From an uncultured Acidobacteriota bacterium (GTDB lineage Bacteria; Acidobacteriota; Terriglobia; Terriglobales; Acidobacteriaceae), in NCBI GenBank assembly GCA_963759215.1, contig CAVWYG010000006.1, positions 1,243,146 through 1,307,145 on the forward strand: a DNA stretch of 64,000 nucleotides, given 5' to 3'. The notes below the pieces were generated by a model. It searched no databases. It was not told the origin of the DNA and saw only the letters and a program-made list of their open reading frames with translations. A program made the translations under genes and the position numbers. Each line of letters begins with the position of its first letter. Position 1 is the first letter of the stretch. Below are positions 10,835-20,071 of this stretch, piece by piece.

Positions 10835-11300
10835 TGGTTGTCCTCCTTACTGCTGCCGCGGCCCGGACCGCGAACGGATTTAATCATAATGATTTCTGTG
10901 CCCGGAGACATGGTTCGAAAATGAATTTCGTCCATAAATGCCCTGATCAGAAAAATTCCGCGTCCTGATTCCTTGAGCAGGTTTTCCGGGGCAAGAGGGT
11001 CTGGGAGCGTAAATGGGTTCAGCCCTGGTCCTTGGTCGCGCACGGCCACCGTCAGGGCGTCGGGAGTGATATCGAAGGAGACAGTCACGCGCTTGGCTGG
11101 ATCGTAGCGGTTCCCATGCAGGACCGCGTTGAGGGTGGCTTCACGGACGGCCATGGCGATACGGCCACATTCGTCCGGCGTCAAAACCGGCTCTGGCGGC
11201 GACCTCGGCGGCGGACTGCTCGGCCTTGTTCACACTCGCCAGAGTGGACTCGAGGGTGTAGGAAACCCTGGTTGCATTCATCGCGTACGCTTCATCCATC
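10831..11300 (-). CDS. anti-sigma regulatory factor (RsbW/SpoIIAB-like Ser kinase, HATPase_c), one frameshift near 11180
   Basis: N-terminus MDEAYAMNATRVSYTLESTLASVNKAEQ (frame A) continues as ECGRIAMAVREATLNAVLHGN...VRDQGPG (frame B). Confidence 0.6.
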
Positions 11301-11309
11301 GTGGTAAAT

Positions 11310-11954
11310 TTACCAGTTCAAGCGGATCGAGTCGCCCACAATTATTACCTCTAAGGCGTCCAGGTTCGGCAGCAACGCGGTTGCGTGAACCAGTTCGTCT
11401 ACGGGATAGGTGGTGGGAACGGCGAGAACAGGCATTGCCGCATCCGATGCGGAACGGATGCCACTGGGTGCATCTTCGACGGCCACGCAGTCGGCAGGAG
11501 CAAGGCCAAGCAGAGCGGCTCCACGCTGGTAAGGCTCGGGATGCGGCTTGCCGTGCTCGATGTCGGTGCCGGTAATCATGAGCTCCGGAATGGGAAGGCC
11601 GGCGACGCGGAGGCGGTGGGAGGCCAGATCGCGGGTTCCGCTGGTGACGATGGCCCAGCGGCGTGGAGGCAGGGAGGCGAGCAGGCGGGCGGCTCCGGGG
11701 AAGACGATGACGTCGTGGGATTCAGCGATTTCGCGGCGCTCTAGGTCGCGCAGCTCGGCTTCGGCATCGAGTTCGGGCGCGAGCAGGCGAACTGTGTCGA
11801 TGGCGCGGCGTCCGTGGGCGGTGTGGGCGGTCTGGGCGGGATCGAGTCCGTTGCGCAGGCCCCAGTCGCGCCAGACACGAGTGACTCCGGCGGTGCTGTC
11901 GATGAGCACGCCGTCAAGATCGAAGAGAATGCCTTGCACGAGCAGAGATGGCAT
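11310..11954 (-). CDS. HAD-superfamily hydrolase, subfamily IA
   Basis: DxDGVLIDS motif I (ILFDLDGVLIDS), motif III K, motif IV VEDAPSG. Confidence 0.8.
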   Translation of the reverse strand: MPSLLVQGILFDLDGVLIDSTAGVTRVWRDWGLRNGLDPAQTAHTAHGRRAIDTVRLLAPELDAEAELRDLERREIAESHDVIVFPGAARLLASLPPRRWAIVTSGTRDLASHRLRVAGLPIPELMITGTDIEHGKPHPEPYQRGAALLGLAPADCVAVEDAPSGIRSASDAAMPVLAVPTTYPVDELVHATALLPNLDALEVIIVGDSIRLNW

Positions 11955-12039
11955 GGATCGAGTGTAAAAGAATTCGGGTGAGTTCATGCGAATTGCTTAG
12001 GGCGCATGGGATCGAAACATCCTATGATGGGCACGAGAG

Positions 12040-12867
12040 ATGATGAATATGGGTATGCGAGTTGCGCTGCGGGTTGTGCTGATGGTCGTACTGGTGATGT
12101 CGCTTGCGGCGGTTTGCGTGCCGTGCTTTGCGGCGGAGAAGCTGATTGCGTTGACCTTTGACGATGGGCCGCGGCCTTACGTGCTTTATGGAGTGAAACA
12201 GCCGGGCGCGGCGGCCAGCGCGAACCCAGGAATGCTCGACGTGCTGGACCGTAATGGGGTGAAGGCGACATTTTTCTACATGGGCTGGAGGTTGACGCCG
12301 AAGACCTGGGGCGAGACTCCGCATGAGACCAACATTGGGGTGAGCTGCCTGGATGCGGCGCACGACGTTCTGCGGCGCGGGCACGAGATTGAGAACCACA
12401 CCTACAGCCATGCCGACCTGCGCATCGCCGAGCGCAAGAAGGGCGAAGGTTGGGTGCTGGGGGACGTGGAGCGCGGAGCCGAGGCGGTGAAGGCTGTGAC
12501 AGGGACGAAGCCGCTATGGCTGCGTCCGCCGGACTGGGACCTGACGGACGATGCGCGTCACGATCTGGAGGCTCACGGCTTCCGCATCCTGACCATCTCA
12601 AGCCAGAACCCGGTGGCGCTGCGCGATGTGAATTCGCAGGACTACCTGTGCGTGGGCAAGGGCGTGGGCTGCCCGAAGCCGTCGCTCTCGCAGAGCGTCG
12701 TGAAAGCCATTGAGCAGCGCGAGAAGAAAGGGGTGTACACGCACGTGCTGGCCTTCCACGAACTGACGACCACAACTGCGCAACTGCCGGAGCTGATTGC
12801 GACGCTCAAGGCGAAAGGGTATCGCTTTGTGACCGTGACGGAGTATATGAAGATTGTCAGGAATTGA
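12040..12867 (+). CDS. polysaccharide deacetylase (CE4/NodB homology), secreted
   Basis: LTFDDGP motif, signal peptide, HTYSH; the last five codons (KIVRN*) overlap the repeat element. Confidence 0.8.
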   Translation: MMNMGMRVALRVVLMVVLVMSLAAVCVPCFAAEKLIALTFDDGPRPYVLYGVKQPGAAASANPGMLDVLDRNGVKATFFYMGWRLTPKTWGETPHETNIGVSCLDAAHDVLRRGHEIENHTYSHADLRIAERKKGEGWVLGDVERGAEAVKAVTGTKPLWLRPPDWDLTDDARHDLEAHGFRILTISSQNPVALRDVNSQDYLCVGKGVGCPKPSLSQSVVKAIEQREKKGVYTHVLAFHELTTTTAQLPELIATLKAKGYRFVTVTEYMKIVRN

Positions 12868-12965
12868 CAGGGTAGGAGCAACAACAAAGAAACAACAAGG
12901 GCAAAATCAACTACCAGTCAACTACCCCACGTTAGCCAAAGACAGGCTAACATGGGCCACCCGCC
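12853..12965. mobile_element. composite repeat copy 1: TGTCAGGAATTGACA palindrome (12856-12870) + spacer + hairpin CCCCACGTTAGCC/GGCTAACATGGGC (12925-12957)
   Basis: Direct comparison with the copies at 14346-14436 and 15078-15168 and with the relative at 9151-9307. Confidence 0.65.
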
Positions 12966-12985
12966 GAGTTCTCGGAGTGTACCTC

Positions 12986-13744
12986 ATGACGTTAGATGCC
13001 GAGCATATCAGTCAGAATAATGTTCCAAACGGCGAGAGGAAACCCGATATACAGGCCAATGACTCCGCACCAAATGTCTCGCTGACATCTGGCGCGTCTA
13101 GCTGTCCACCACCCCAAACACATTGCGAGATTACCTGCAGGACAGAGAATGATTGGTGGAATAAGATTAAGCCGTTTGTGGAGATTGCTGGCGTAGTGCT
13201 GTTGTTTGTTTACACCGTTTACACAATTAAAATGTATTGCGCCAACAAAGAGGCCGCAGATGCTGCCACTAGCGCCGCCATCTCTGCCGGAGAAAGCGTG
13301 ACGCAAGCAAGAGATAACGCCCGTCTGGATCAAAGAGCGTGGGTTTCCGTTAGTGATATTTCCGCACAATCTAAGCAGGATAACAATTGGACTGTAAGCA
13401 TTGTCATTAAAAACACTGGCAAGTCTCCTGCTAAGAATTTTGTCATTCGCGGGATTGGGGAACCTGTCGCAAAAGGCAAAAAACCTAACGAGGAAGAGGT
13501 TGTTCTCCCCGGACGAGGCATGATCGCCCCGGACGGAGTTTTCCATTCCAATTTGAACTCTTTTGGTCGGTTTGACTGGCAATCTGTAGACTTCGTTATT
13601 CACGGACGAATTGAGTATGCCAGCGTTTTCGGGGCTGGTCACTGGACTACGTTTTGTTATCATTTTATTCCCGATAGTAAAACCGGAAAAGGCGGGTTTG
13701 CTCCTTGCGAGTTCGGAAATGACATAGATAATAACCTGCCTTAG
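12986..13744 (+). CDS. hypothetical single-pass membrane protein (low-GC island)
   Basis: ORF with an RBS; TM helix VEIAGVVLLFVYTVYTI; protein-like composition; local GC ~45% against a ~60% background. The ORF-track start at 12854 lies in the repeat; ATG at 12986 is preferred. Confidence 0.5.
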   Translation: MTLDAEHISQNNVPNGERKPDIQANDSAPNVSLTSGASSCPPPQTHCEITCRTENDWWNKIKPFVEIAGVVLLFVYTVYTIKMYCANKEAADAATSAAISAGESVTQARDNARLDQRAWVSVSDISAQSKQDNNWTVSIVIKNTGKSPAKNFVIRGIGEPVAKGKKPNEEEVVLPGRGMIAPDGVFHSNLNSFGRFDWQSVDFVIHGRIEYASVFGAGHWTTFCYHFIPDSKTGKGGFAPCEFGNDIDNNLP

Positions 13745-13763
13745 CTTAGATACTGGGGAAGAT

Positions 13764-14312
13764 ATGTCAAAACTGTCTGTGGCGATATTCGGTTTCATAC
13801 TAGGGGTGTCCTGCACACTCCTGTTCAGCCCGCGCATGCAGATCGTTGCAGCATCTACCGCCGCCCCGCAATTACTCAATCGTGGATCAAACCGCAGTGT
13901 ATTTGTAGGAGGAGGGATATCCGGAGCCACGACTGGCGTCTTCATCGAAGGTGCCGTTCCTCGTTTTATACCTCTTGATAACACTCCAATTTTTAAAGAT
14001 TTCACTATTTCCGGCGCAAAGGAACAATCCCTAGATGGTCTTGACTGTCGCAACTGTACATTTAACGATGCACTCCTGACATACAGCGGCGGGGCATACA
14101 ACTTGGACAATGCACAATTTTCAGGGACAACAAAAATCGTACTTGGCGGCGCTGCCGCAAATACAGTGGCATTTCTCAAGTTTTTGGATGGGATCGGGAG
14201 GGGCATCCCAACCAAGTCTCTTGCTCCGAATAAGCCCGTACAGAGAAAAGCTATAGCTAAACAACCTCTACCCAAAATGAACTTTACGGCACCGTATATC
14301 GGCTCAAAGTGA
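13764..14312 (+). CDS. hypothetical membrane-anchored/secreted protein (low-GC island)
   Basis: RBS GGGGAAG; N-terminal TM/signal MSKLSVAIFGFILGVSCTLLFS, then a hydrophilic Gly/Thr-rich domain. Confidence 0.5.
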   Translation: MSKLSVAIFGFILGVSCTLLFSPRMQIVAASTAAPQLLNRGSNRSVFVGGGISGATTGVFIEGAVPRFIPLDNTPIFKDFTISGAKEQSLDGLDCRNCTFNDALLTYSGGAYNLDNAQFSGTTKIVLGGAAANTVAFLKFLDGIGRGIPTKSLAPNKPVQRKAIAKQPLPKMNFTAPYIGSK

Positions 14313-14345
14313 AATTGCCGCAACATGTGCGTCAACCTTTTGTCG

Positions 14346-14436
14346 CCGTTGTAAGGAATTGACAGCGCTAGGAATGGCAGGAGCAAGGTCAACTACCCCA
14401 CGTTCGCAAAGACAGGCTACACTACAGCCGCCCGCC
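14346..14436. mobile_element. composite repeat copy 2 (TGTAAGGAATTGACA at 14350-14364 + degenerate hairpin)
   Basis: Sequence identity to copies 1 and 3. Confidence 0.6.
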
Positions 14437-14439
14437 TAG

Positions 14440-15030
14440 CTATGTGATTCCTTTCCTTGTTGCGCTGGCAGCTTCCGTGATCCGGAACGAAACCGCTGTC
14501 GCACAGAAGTCGCATTCTGCTGTGTGCACGCCGTCAGGGAGCGGGGCCGGGACTGGGAAGGTTCTCAAACAGGAAGAACATGTCACTGCAATGTAGTCCG
14601 CATCGCCTTTGACCGGAATCCAGACGGCTGCTTTGGGCTGACGGGCGACGCTCGGGCGTTGAGGGATCTCTTCAAGCAGGGCAGTGATCTTCTGGAAGAG
14701 GTTTTCTGGGGAATACTGGCCTTTTTCAAAGAATGCGTCCGCTAAAACGCTCTCGGGCACATCTATCCCGGAAAACTCGCCGCTGATCGCGATGACGGCT
14801 ATCCGGGGAAAGCGCTTGCGCACTACAGACAGGAATTCAAATCCGCTCATGTTGGGCATGCGTAAATCTGAGATAACAACATCGGGCAGGGATTGCTTCA
14901 ACTTTGTGAGGCCATCAAATCCGTCAATGGCACACAGCACTTCATAGCCTTGTGATTCGAGAATTGTTCTGGCCACGGTGCGGATGTTCTTCTCGTCGTC
15001 AACCACAAGAATCCTATAGCGAAAACTCAT
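14440..15030 (-). CDS. response regulator: REC domain with a C-terminal Cys4 zinc-ribbon-like domain
   Basis: ILVVDDE...D55 (VISDLRMPNMSGFEFL)...K; C-terminal CSSC...CDFC; ATG at 15030 with a GAGGAA RBS. Confidence 0.75.
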   Translation of the reverse strand: MSFRYRILVVDDEKNIRTVARTILESQGYEVLCAIDGFDGLTKLKQSLPDVVISDLRMPNMSGFEFLSVVRKRFPRIAVIAISGEFSGIDVPESVLADAFFEKGQYSPENLFQKITALLEEIPQRPSVARQPKAAVWIPVKGDADYIAVTCSSCLRTFPVPAPLPDGVHTAECDFCATAVSFRITEAASATRKGIT

Positions 15031-15077
15031 GTTCCTCAATTCCGCAATTGGGAATTTGATGCCACAGTTGTACGGAA

Positions 15078-15168
15078 ACGTTGTCAGGAATTGACATGAG
15101 TCAACTACCCCACCAAAGACGGGCTAACATGGGCCACCCGCCGGGCTAACATAGCCACCTGCGGGCTT
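15078..15168. mobile_element. composite repeat copy 3 (TGTCAGGAATTGACA at 15083-15097 + partial hairpin + extra GGGCTAACAT duplication)
   Basis: Sequence identity to copies 1 and 2. Confidence 0.6.
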
Positions 15169-15293
15169 TTCCTTCGTCTGCTTTCGCAATCCGCTTTTGC
15201 CGGCGACATCACTGACTTGACGAAGCTTTTCGAGTATTTTGATTTTCTCGGAAAACGGGAGCGAGGCTAGTTTCTTCCGTCTTTGCTTCTCCA
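15123..15293 (-). CDS. small basic protein (57 aa, MEKQRRKKLASLPFSEKIKILEKL...), translationally coupled to the upstream nucleotidyltransferase
   Basis: ATG lies 2 nt after the NTase stop and is preceded by GAGGAG; the C-terminal 15 codons are encoded by repeat copy 3. Not in the ORF track (<60 aa). Confidence 0.35.
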
Positions 15294-15296
15294 TCA

Positions 15297-15812
15297 CTAC
15301 TCCTCAAGGTACTTGCTTTCGAACTTCTTCCATTTGGGGACCAGCCCGTGCCGTAACAGGATGGAGTCGAGCTTCTTCCTGTTGACTGCATCTTGTTCGA
15401 GGAACATTGCAATCCGAGCATAATCCTTGGCTCGTCCAGTCTGCAAAGCGATGGCGACCAGATGCTCGGCACTCAACACGGATGTCGGAATGCCATCAAA
15501 TTCGGTCTTCACCGCTTCGGCCAATGCCTCCTGCTCCAGTGCTCCTCGAAGCGGCAGAAATTGTACAGGCCAGCCACCGATTACGATGCGTTCGCCGTCG
15601 ACTTGGCACCCCTGCGCTGTCAGATATTCGTAGATGGGCGAAAGGCTCAAGAGTGAGCTTCCAGGGGCAGTGGGCAGCGTAATAAAGATATCAAGGTCCG
15701 CAGTGTAGAACGTCTCCAGATAGAAAATCGCCCCTATGGCTCCGCCGATGGCGTAGTTGCCGATTACGCCATCGACCTGCATTCGGTTAATCATCTCCAA
15801 CGTCGCTTTCAT
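15297..15812 (-). CDS. nucleotidyltransferase-fold protein (Pol-beta superfamily), uncharacterised
   Basis: GGAIGAIFY...DLDIFI matches the hG[GS]...[DE]h[DE]h NTase motif; 171 aa. Confidence 0.5.
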   Translation of the reverse strand: MKATLEMINRMQVDGVIGNYAIGGAIGAIFYLETFYTADLDIFITLPTAPGSSLLSLSPIYEYLTAQGCQVDGERIVIGGWPVQFLPLRGALEQEALAEAVKTEFDGIPTSVLSAEHLVAIALQTGRAKDYARIAMFLEQDAVNRKKLDSILLRHGLVPKWKKFESKYLEE

Positions 15813-15828
15813 TGGATGCCTTCCTGAA

Positions 15829-18592
15829 CTACTCCACCTGCTTTTTCAACTCATACAACAAATTCATCGCCTCGCGGGGGCTGAGGGAGTCGAGGTCGGC
15901 TTCGCGGAGGCGGTCGAGGACGGTGTTGGAGACCGGGGTGAAGATCGTCAACTGCACCGGGCCGGATTTTTCTGGCTTGGGAGCAAGCTGGGTGGTGGCG
16001 GCGTGTTCGGCGTTCTCGTGCTGGTGCAAGACCTCGCGGGCGCGGGAGATGACTTCGGCGGGGAGGCCGGCGAGTTTGGCGACTTCGATGCCGTAGCTTT
16101 TGTCGGCGGCGCCGGGTGAGACCTTGCGTAGGAAGACGATGCTGCCGGCGGTTTCCTTGACGCTGACGTGATAGTTCTTGACCGAATCGAGCAGCGTTTC
16201 GAGCTCGGTGAGTTCGTGGTAGTGGGTGGCGAAGAGCGTCTTGGCGCGGCTGTGCTGGTGGATGAATTCGACCACGGCCCAGGCGATGGCGAGGCCGTCG
16301 TAGGTGGCGGTGCCGCGGCCGATTTCGTCGAGCAGGATGAGCGAGCGCGAGGTTGCGGTGTTGAGGATGGCGGCGGTTTCCGTCATTTCAACCATGAAGG
16401 TAGAGCGGCCGCGCGCGAGGTTGTCCGAGGCTCCGATGCGGGTGAAGATGCGATCGACTGTGGAGAGGCGGGCGCGGGTGGCGGGGACGAACGAGCCCAT
16501 CTGCGCCATCAGTACGATGAGCGCGGTCTGGCGCAGGTAGGTGGACTTGCCGCCCATGTTGGGGCCGGTGATGAGCAGGATCGACTGGCTGGAGGCGTCG
16601 AGATAAAGATCGTTGGGGACGAAGCGGTCGTTGGAGCCGGTGAGCTCGGGCTGCTCAATGACGGGGTGGCGGCCTTCGAGGATTTCGAGAAGTTGGGCGT
16701 TGTTGTTAGATTGCGGGTCGTTCATCTGCGGGCCGTGAAGCTGGTCTTCAAAGTTCGGGCGGCAGTAGTTGCGCAGCGCGGCAAGATGCGCGAAGGAGAG
16801 CAGAACATCGATCTCGGCCAAGGCCAGCGCGCTCTGGCGAATGCGGCGCGATTCGGCGGCGATACTCATGCGCAGCTCGGCGAAGAGGCGGCGCTCGATT
16901 TCGACGATCTTCTCTTCGGCATCGAGAACCTTGGTTTCGTATTCCTTTAGCTCCGGCGTGGTGTAGCGCTCGGCGCCGACCAGGGTCTGCTTGCGCTCGT
17001 AGTCGGCGGGGGCATGTTGCAGGTTGGCCTTGCTGATCTCAATGTAAAAGCCGAAGACGTTGTTGAACTTGACCTTGAGCGAGTTGATGCCGGTGCGCTC
17101 GCGCTCGCGTTGCTCGATTTGGGCGATGTAGTGTTTGCCGTTGCGGCTGATGTCGCGGAGTTCGTCGAGCTGCGGATCGAGTCCGTTCTGGATGACTCCG
17201 CCATCGTTGAGAGTGATGGGCGGCTCGGGGAGGATGCTGCGCTCGATGCGCTCGCGTACGTCGGCGAGTTCGTCGAGCAGATCCACGAGTGCGGTGAAGC
17301 GCGCGGCAGGGAAGTTGGCCAGCGCGCGCCGCACGGCGGGGAGCCGGGCGAGCGACGCGGCGAGGGCGAGAATGTCGCGTGGGTTCGCGGTTTCAAGGGT
17401 GATGCGGCTGAGCAGGCGCTCGATGTCAAGAATGCCGTCGAGTCGAGCGGCGCAGCTCTTCGCGATGAATGATGCTGGCGAGGGCGGCGGAGACGGCATC
17501 GAGGCGTTGGTTGATTTCGGCGACATCGATGGAGGGGCGCAGCATCCAGGCACGCAGGAGGCGCTTGCCCATCGGGGTGAGGGTGTGGTCAAGGGCGCGG
17601 AAGAGAGTTACGGCGTCTCCGGAGCCGGCAAAGAGGGGCTCGATCAACTCGAGGTTGCGGACGGTGACGGCGTCAAGGATAAGGCAGTTCTGGCGCTCGT
17701 AGTAACCGATGCGGTCCACATGGCCGAGTGAACCACGCTGAGTCTGGCGGACGTAGTGGAGGATGGCTCCCGCGGCGCAGGCAGCGGCGTTGTGGTTGGC
17801 GAGGCCGAAGCCCTCCAGCGATAAGACGCCGAAATGATTTTCAACCAGAGGGACGGCGTAGTCGGTGGCGAAGATCCAGTCGTCGAGCGGAGTCTCGCTC
17901 CAACGCGCGAAGGGCGCAAGGTCGGTGGAGGCCAGGCGCGGCGTGGGCGTGTTTGGCGCACCCGCTTTACCCACATCTGCTAAATGCGGCAGATGTGGGG
18001 CACCCGGGGCGGATTGGAAGAGGGGCAGCGATGCGGCGTAGAGGAGCTCGCGTGGGCGCAGGGTTTGGAGCTCGTCGGCGACGCGGCGGTCGGCGTCGGG
18101 GCCGATGAATTCGGTGGCACGGAATTCGCCGGTGGAGAGATCGAGGGCGGCGAAGCCGAGGGTGCAGCCACCGTTGAGACCCGAACCGCTGCCGTGGCGA
18201 GCGACGGCGCAGAGGAAATTGTTCTCCTCGGAGCCGAGCTGCGAGTCGGCGGCGGTGCCGGGAGTGACGACTCGGGTGACTTCGCGGCGCACCAGTTTCT
18301 TGGTGAGCTTGGGGTCCTCGACCTGGTCGCAGATGGCGACCTTGTAGCCTTTGCGAATGAGCTTGGCGATGTAGCCTTCGGCGGCGTGGTAGGGAACTCC
18401 GCACATGGGGAGGGCTACGCCATCGACCTTCTGACGCGAGGTGAGGGTGATCTGAAGCTCGCGCGAGGCGGTGACGGCGTCGTCGAGGAAGAGCTCGTAA
18501 AAGTCGCCCACGCGGAAGAACAGCAGCGCGGTGGGATGCTCTTTTTTGATTGCGGCGTGCTGCCGCATCAGCGGGGTTGAGGCTTCACTCAT
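15829..18592 (-). CDS. mutS: DNA mismatch repair protein MutS, interrupted by a +1 frameshift near 17445 (tcgActcgac)
   Basis: N-terminal 388-aa ORF (mismatch-binding, connector and lever domains) and C-terminal 587-aa ORF (Walker [13 protein letters not shown]). The junction ...LREELRR | [11 protein letters not shown] reconstructs if one nucleotide is removed. Confidence 0.85.
17970..18000. repeat. hairpin repeat CCCACATCTGC-N8-GCAGATGTGGGG inserted in-frame within mutS (encodes [11 protein letters not shown])
   Basis: Same palindrome as at 6585 and 9224; the mutS alignment shows ~20 extra residues here relative to E. coli MutS. Confidence 0.6.
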
Positions 18593-18783
18593 GGGGAAAA
18601 TTTGGGGGTCTCAAAGGGCCGAGTATAGCAGAGCCGGGCTGGTTTGAGAGGATTCGAGCGACGGCGCACGGGCGTGAAAGGGACGGACCTTGGCCCGTTT
18701 CCGCACAACTCTTAGCGCTGCATCTGCTAGAGCATAAATCCCGGAGTTGCGCAGCGGCATCTTGGGATTCTGAGAGGGACCAC

Positions 18784-20007
18784 GTGCGCATCCCGATTTT
18801 GAAGAAACTGAGTCTGCTTCTGCTCGGTGGGTCTGTAGCGTCATTGGCACTGTTACCCGCCTGCGGCAGTGGTCGGCCCACTACTGCGAGCACACAATCC
18901 AACACGTTTGTTTATGTCACCAGCCTTGTTGAAAGTGTCGGCCCGAGTGGCACCTTTTACTCTGGTTCGGGTGGCATCTCCGAATTCCAAATGGCTTCGA
19001 CCGGCACGCTGACAAAAGTGGCTGGCTCGCCCGTATCGTTCAACTCAAATATGCCGACGACGCTTGCGGCAGACCCGCTGGGCCGGTTCCTGTTCGCCGC
19101 GAGCGCGAACAGCATATTCACCTTCAGCATTGCGCCGAGCACCGGCGCACTCACGCAGGTGGCAAGCTCCAGTCTTCCTCCTGCCGGGAGCACACAATTT
19201 GCGGGCGGCCCGATGGCCGTGGATCACGCGGGTAACTTTCTGTATGCGCTGACCCTGAATGGACTGAACGTTTATTCCATTGGGGCCAGCGGTGCTCTCA
19301 CCATTGTGCAGACGATCGTGACGGCGGTGGATCTGATCAGTGGCGGGATCGCACTGGATAGCGCTGGGAAGTTTCTCTACGTGGTTACCACCGGGAACAC
19401 CGCTGGCATCGGCGTAGCCAGTCCGACGGTGTTCGCGGTCGATTCCAAATCGGGGATGGTGACAAAGGTCAGCTCGTTTCCGGTCTATCAGTTTGGCACG
19501 GGAGGGCTAGCAGTGAATCCGAATGGGAGCTTTGTTTACGTCCTGACCGCGCATCCCGTGACCAACCTGGTTTTCGCGAACAACAATGGAACCGTGACGC
19601 AGGTGCAAGACACGGGGTGCGGCTGCGATCTGGACCTTGAAGGCGGATTTGTCCTGGTGCACCCCTCAGGTAAGTTCCTCTATGAAACGGTCAGCAATGA
19701 AGTCATCGGAATGAGCATTGGCGCCGATGGCACGCTGGGTGCGGCGATATCGCCATTCTCGGGCTTTCTTTTGACGCCAACCCCTGGAGTGAAAGTCGCC
19801 ATTGGGCTCGATCCGGGCGGCAACTTTCTATTCGCATCGCAGAGCTTGCTCACCGGCCCGAACTCCACACTTAGGACTCCGGTGGTTACGGAGTTTGCGG
19901 TGGATTCAACCACGGGTAACCTGAAGCAGTCACCCGGCTCGCCGTTTACGCTCGATGTGGCATCCAGTGATCCGTTCGCGACGGTTGCAGTGAGTGTTCC
20001 CCGGTAG
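18784..20007 (+). CDS. beta-propeller lactonase-family lipoprotein
   Basis: GTG start giving VRIPILKKLSLLLLGGSVASLALLPAC (lipobox LPAC), then repeated GxFLY/SxxGxxL blades (NFLYALT, KFLYVVT, SFVYVLT, KFLYETV). Confidence 0.75.
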   Translation: MRIPILKKLSLLLLGGSVASLALLPACGSGRPTTASTQSNTFVYVTSLVESVGPSGTFYSGSGGISEFQMASTGTLTKVAGSPVSFNSNMPTTLAADPLGRFLFAASANSIFTFSIAPSTGALTQVASSSLPPAGSTQFAGGPMAVDHAGNFLYALTLNGLNVYSIGASGALTIVQTIVTAVDLISGGIALDSAGKFLYVVTTGNTAGIGVASPTVFAVDSKSGMVTKVSSFPVYQFGTGGLAVNPNGSFVYVLTAHPVTNLVFANNNGTVTQVQDTGCGCDLDLEGGFVLVHPSGKFLYETVSNEVIGMSIGADGTLGAAISPFSGFLLTPTPGVKVAIGLDPGGNFLFASQSLLTGPNSTLRTPVVTEFAVDSTTGNLKQSPGSPFTLDVASSDPFATVAVSVPR

Positions 20008-20071
20008 CAGCGGCTGGCTCGGCAAACAATTCGTATTTGACTCAGAAGCCCGGGAGTGGTTTGCTATCGCA

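Noticed and set aside
12992-14392. 466-aa ORF on the minus strand spanning the low-GC island
   Set aside because: It is antisense to two better-supported ORFs that have RBSs, signal/TM segments and protein-like composition. Its product is Arg/Ser/Cys-rich with no domains, it starts inside a repeat element and it reads through the plus-strand intergenic region. It is probably a chance open frame, though strand-specific RNA data should confirm this.
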